64,000 nt of DNA from NCBI RefSeq assembly GCF_009914755.1, contig NC_060926.1; one strand, 5' to 3'. Source of the DNA: the human T2T-CHM13v2.0 reference genome, Homo sapiens. A program made the translations under genes and the position numbers. Each line of letters starts with the position of its first letter. Position 1 is the stretch's first letter. The notes below the pieces were generated by a model. The model saw only the letters and a program-made list of their open reading frames with translations, was not told the DNA's origin and did not search any database. Positions 63,501 to 64,000 of this stretch are shown one piece after another.

Positions 63501-64000
63501 CCAGGGAAATACAAGACTAGGGTGTGTGCCCTGGAGGGAAATAGAGAAAGGCTGGAGGGCAAATGCAAATGATGGGTGGAGAAAAGGAGCTGCATTTTTT
63601 GGGAGGGTGTATGGGGAGTACTCCACCACTATCACTTTTTCAGGGAAAAGGAAAGCAGTTTCCTCAAAAGTGTTCTCTGAACCTTCACACATATAACTGT
63701 AAACTTAGAACATGTCCTAGAAATATTTCAGTACAATTATTCATGGTAAAGAAATCAAACTCCACATGCTTATTTCTGGTTATACATAGTTTTTTAAAAG
63801 AAAAAAAAAAGAAATAAAAAAGCTTCAGGGCCAAACTCTCTCAAATCCATTCTTATTTAGAAATTCCAAAAATTTAGGAATGCTTGATTATATGAATATT
63901 GCATGGGTCAAGGTAAGTGGAGTGGGTCTTCATTCAGTCCATGGGTTCTAGACTCACAGATTCAACAACCCTGGATTAAAAATTTTAAGTAAATAATAAT

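Overview
Primate (most likely human) genomic DNA lying entirely inside SATB2, which is transcribed on the minus strand. Four internal coding exons are recoverable with canonical AG/GT boundaries: 39857-39731 (127 nt), 38528-38405 (124 nt), 26750-26648 (103 nt) and 7224-6752 (473 nt). They splice in one continuous frame to give about aa 116-391 (end of the ULD, the CUTL domain, the linker and the first part of CUT1). The rest is intron rich in Alu, L1, L2, MIR, MaLR/ERV LTR and DNA-transposon relics. The most notable observations are: (1) the three small exons total 354 nt with matching phase-1 ends, so a back-spliced circle would carry a stop-free endless ORF, and flanking Alu orientation flips across this block; (2) a decayed C2H2 zinc-finger gene fragment at about 4.0-5.4 kb, split by two Alus and nested in an L2; (3) non-repeat, CpG- and motif-rich candidate regulatory elements (54.5-54.9 kb, 62.2 kb, 40.3 kb); (4) several unusual retrotransposition footprints. 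Repeat subfamily names and SATB2 residue numbering come from memory of consensus and reference sequences, not from a search.
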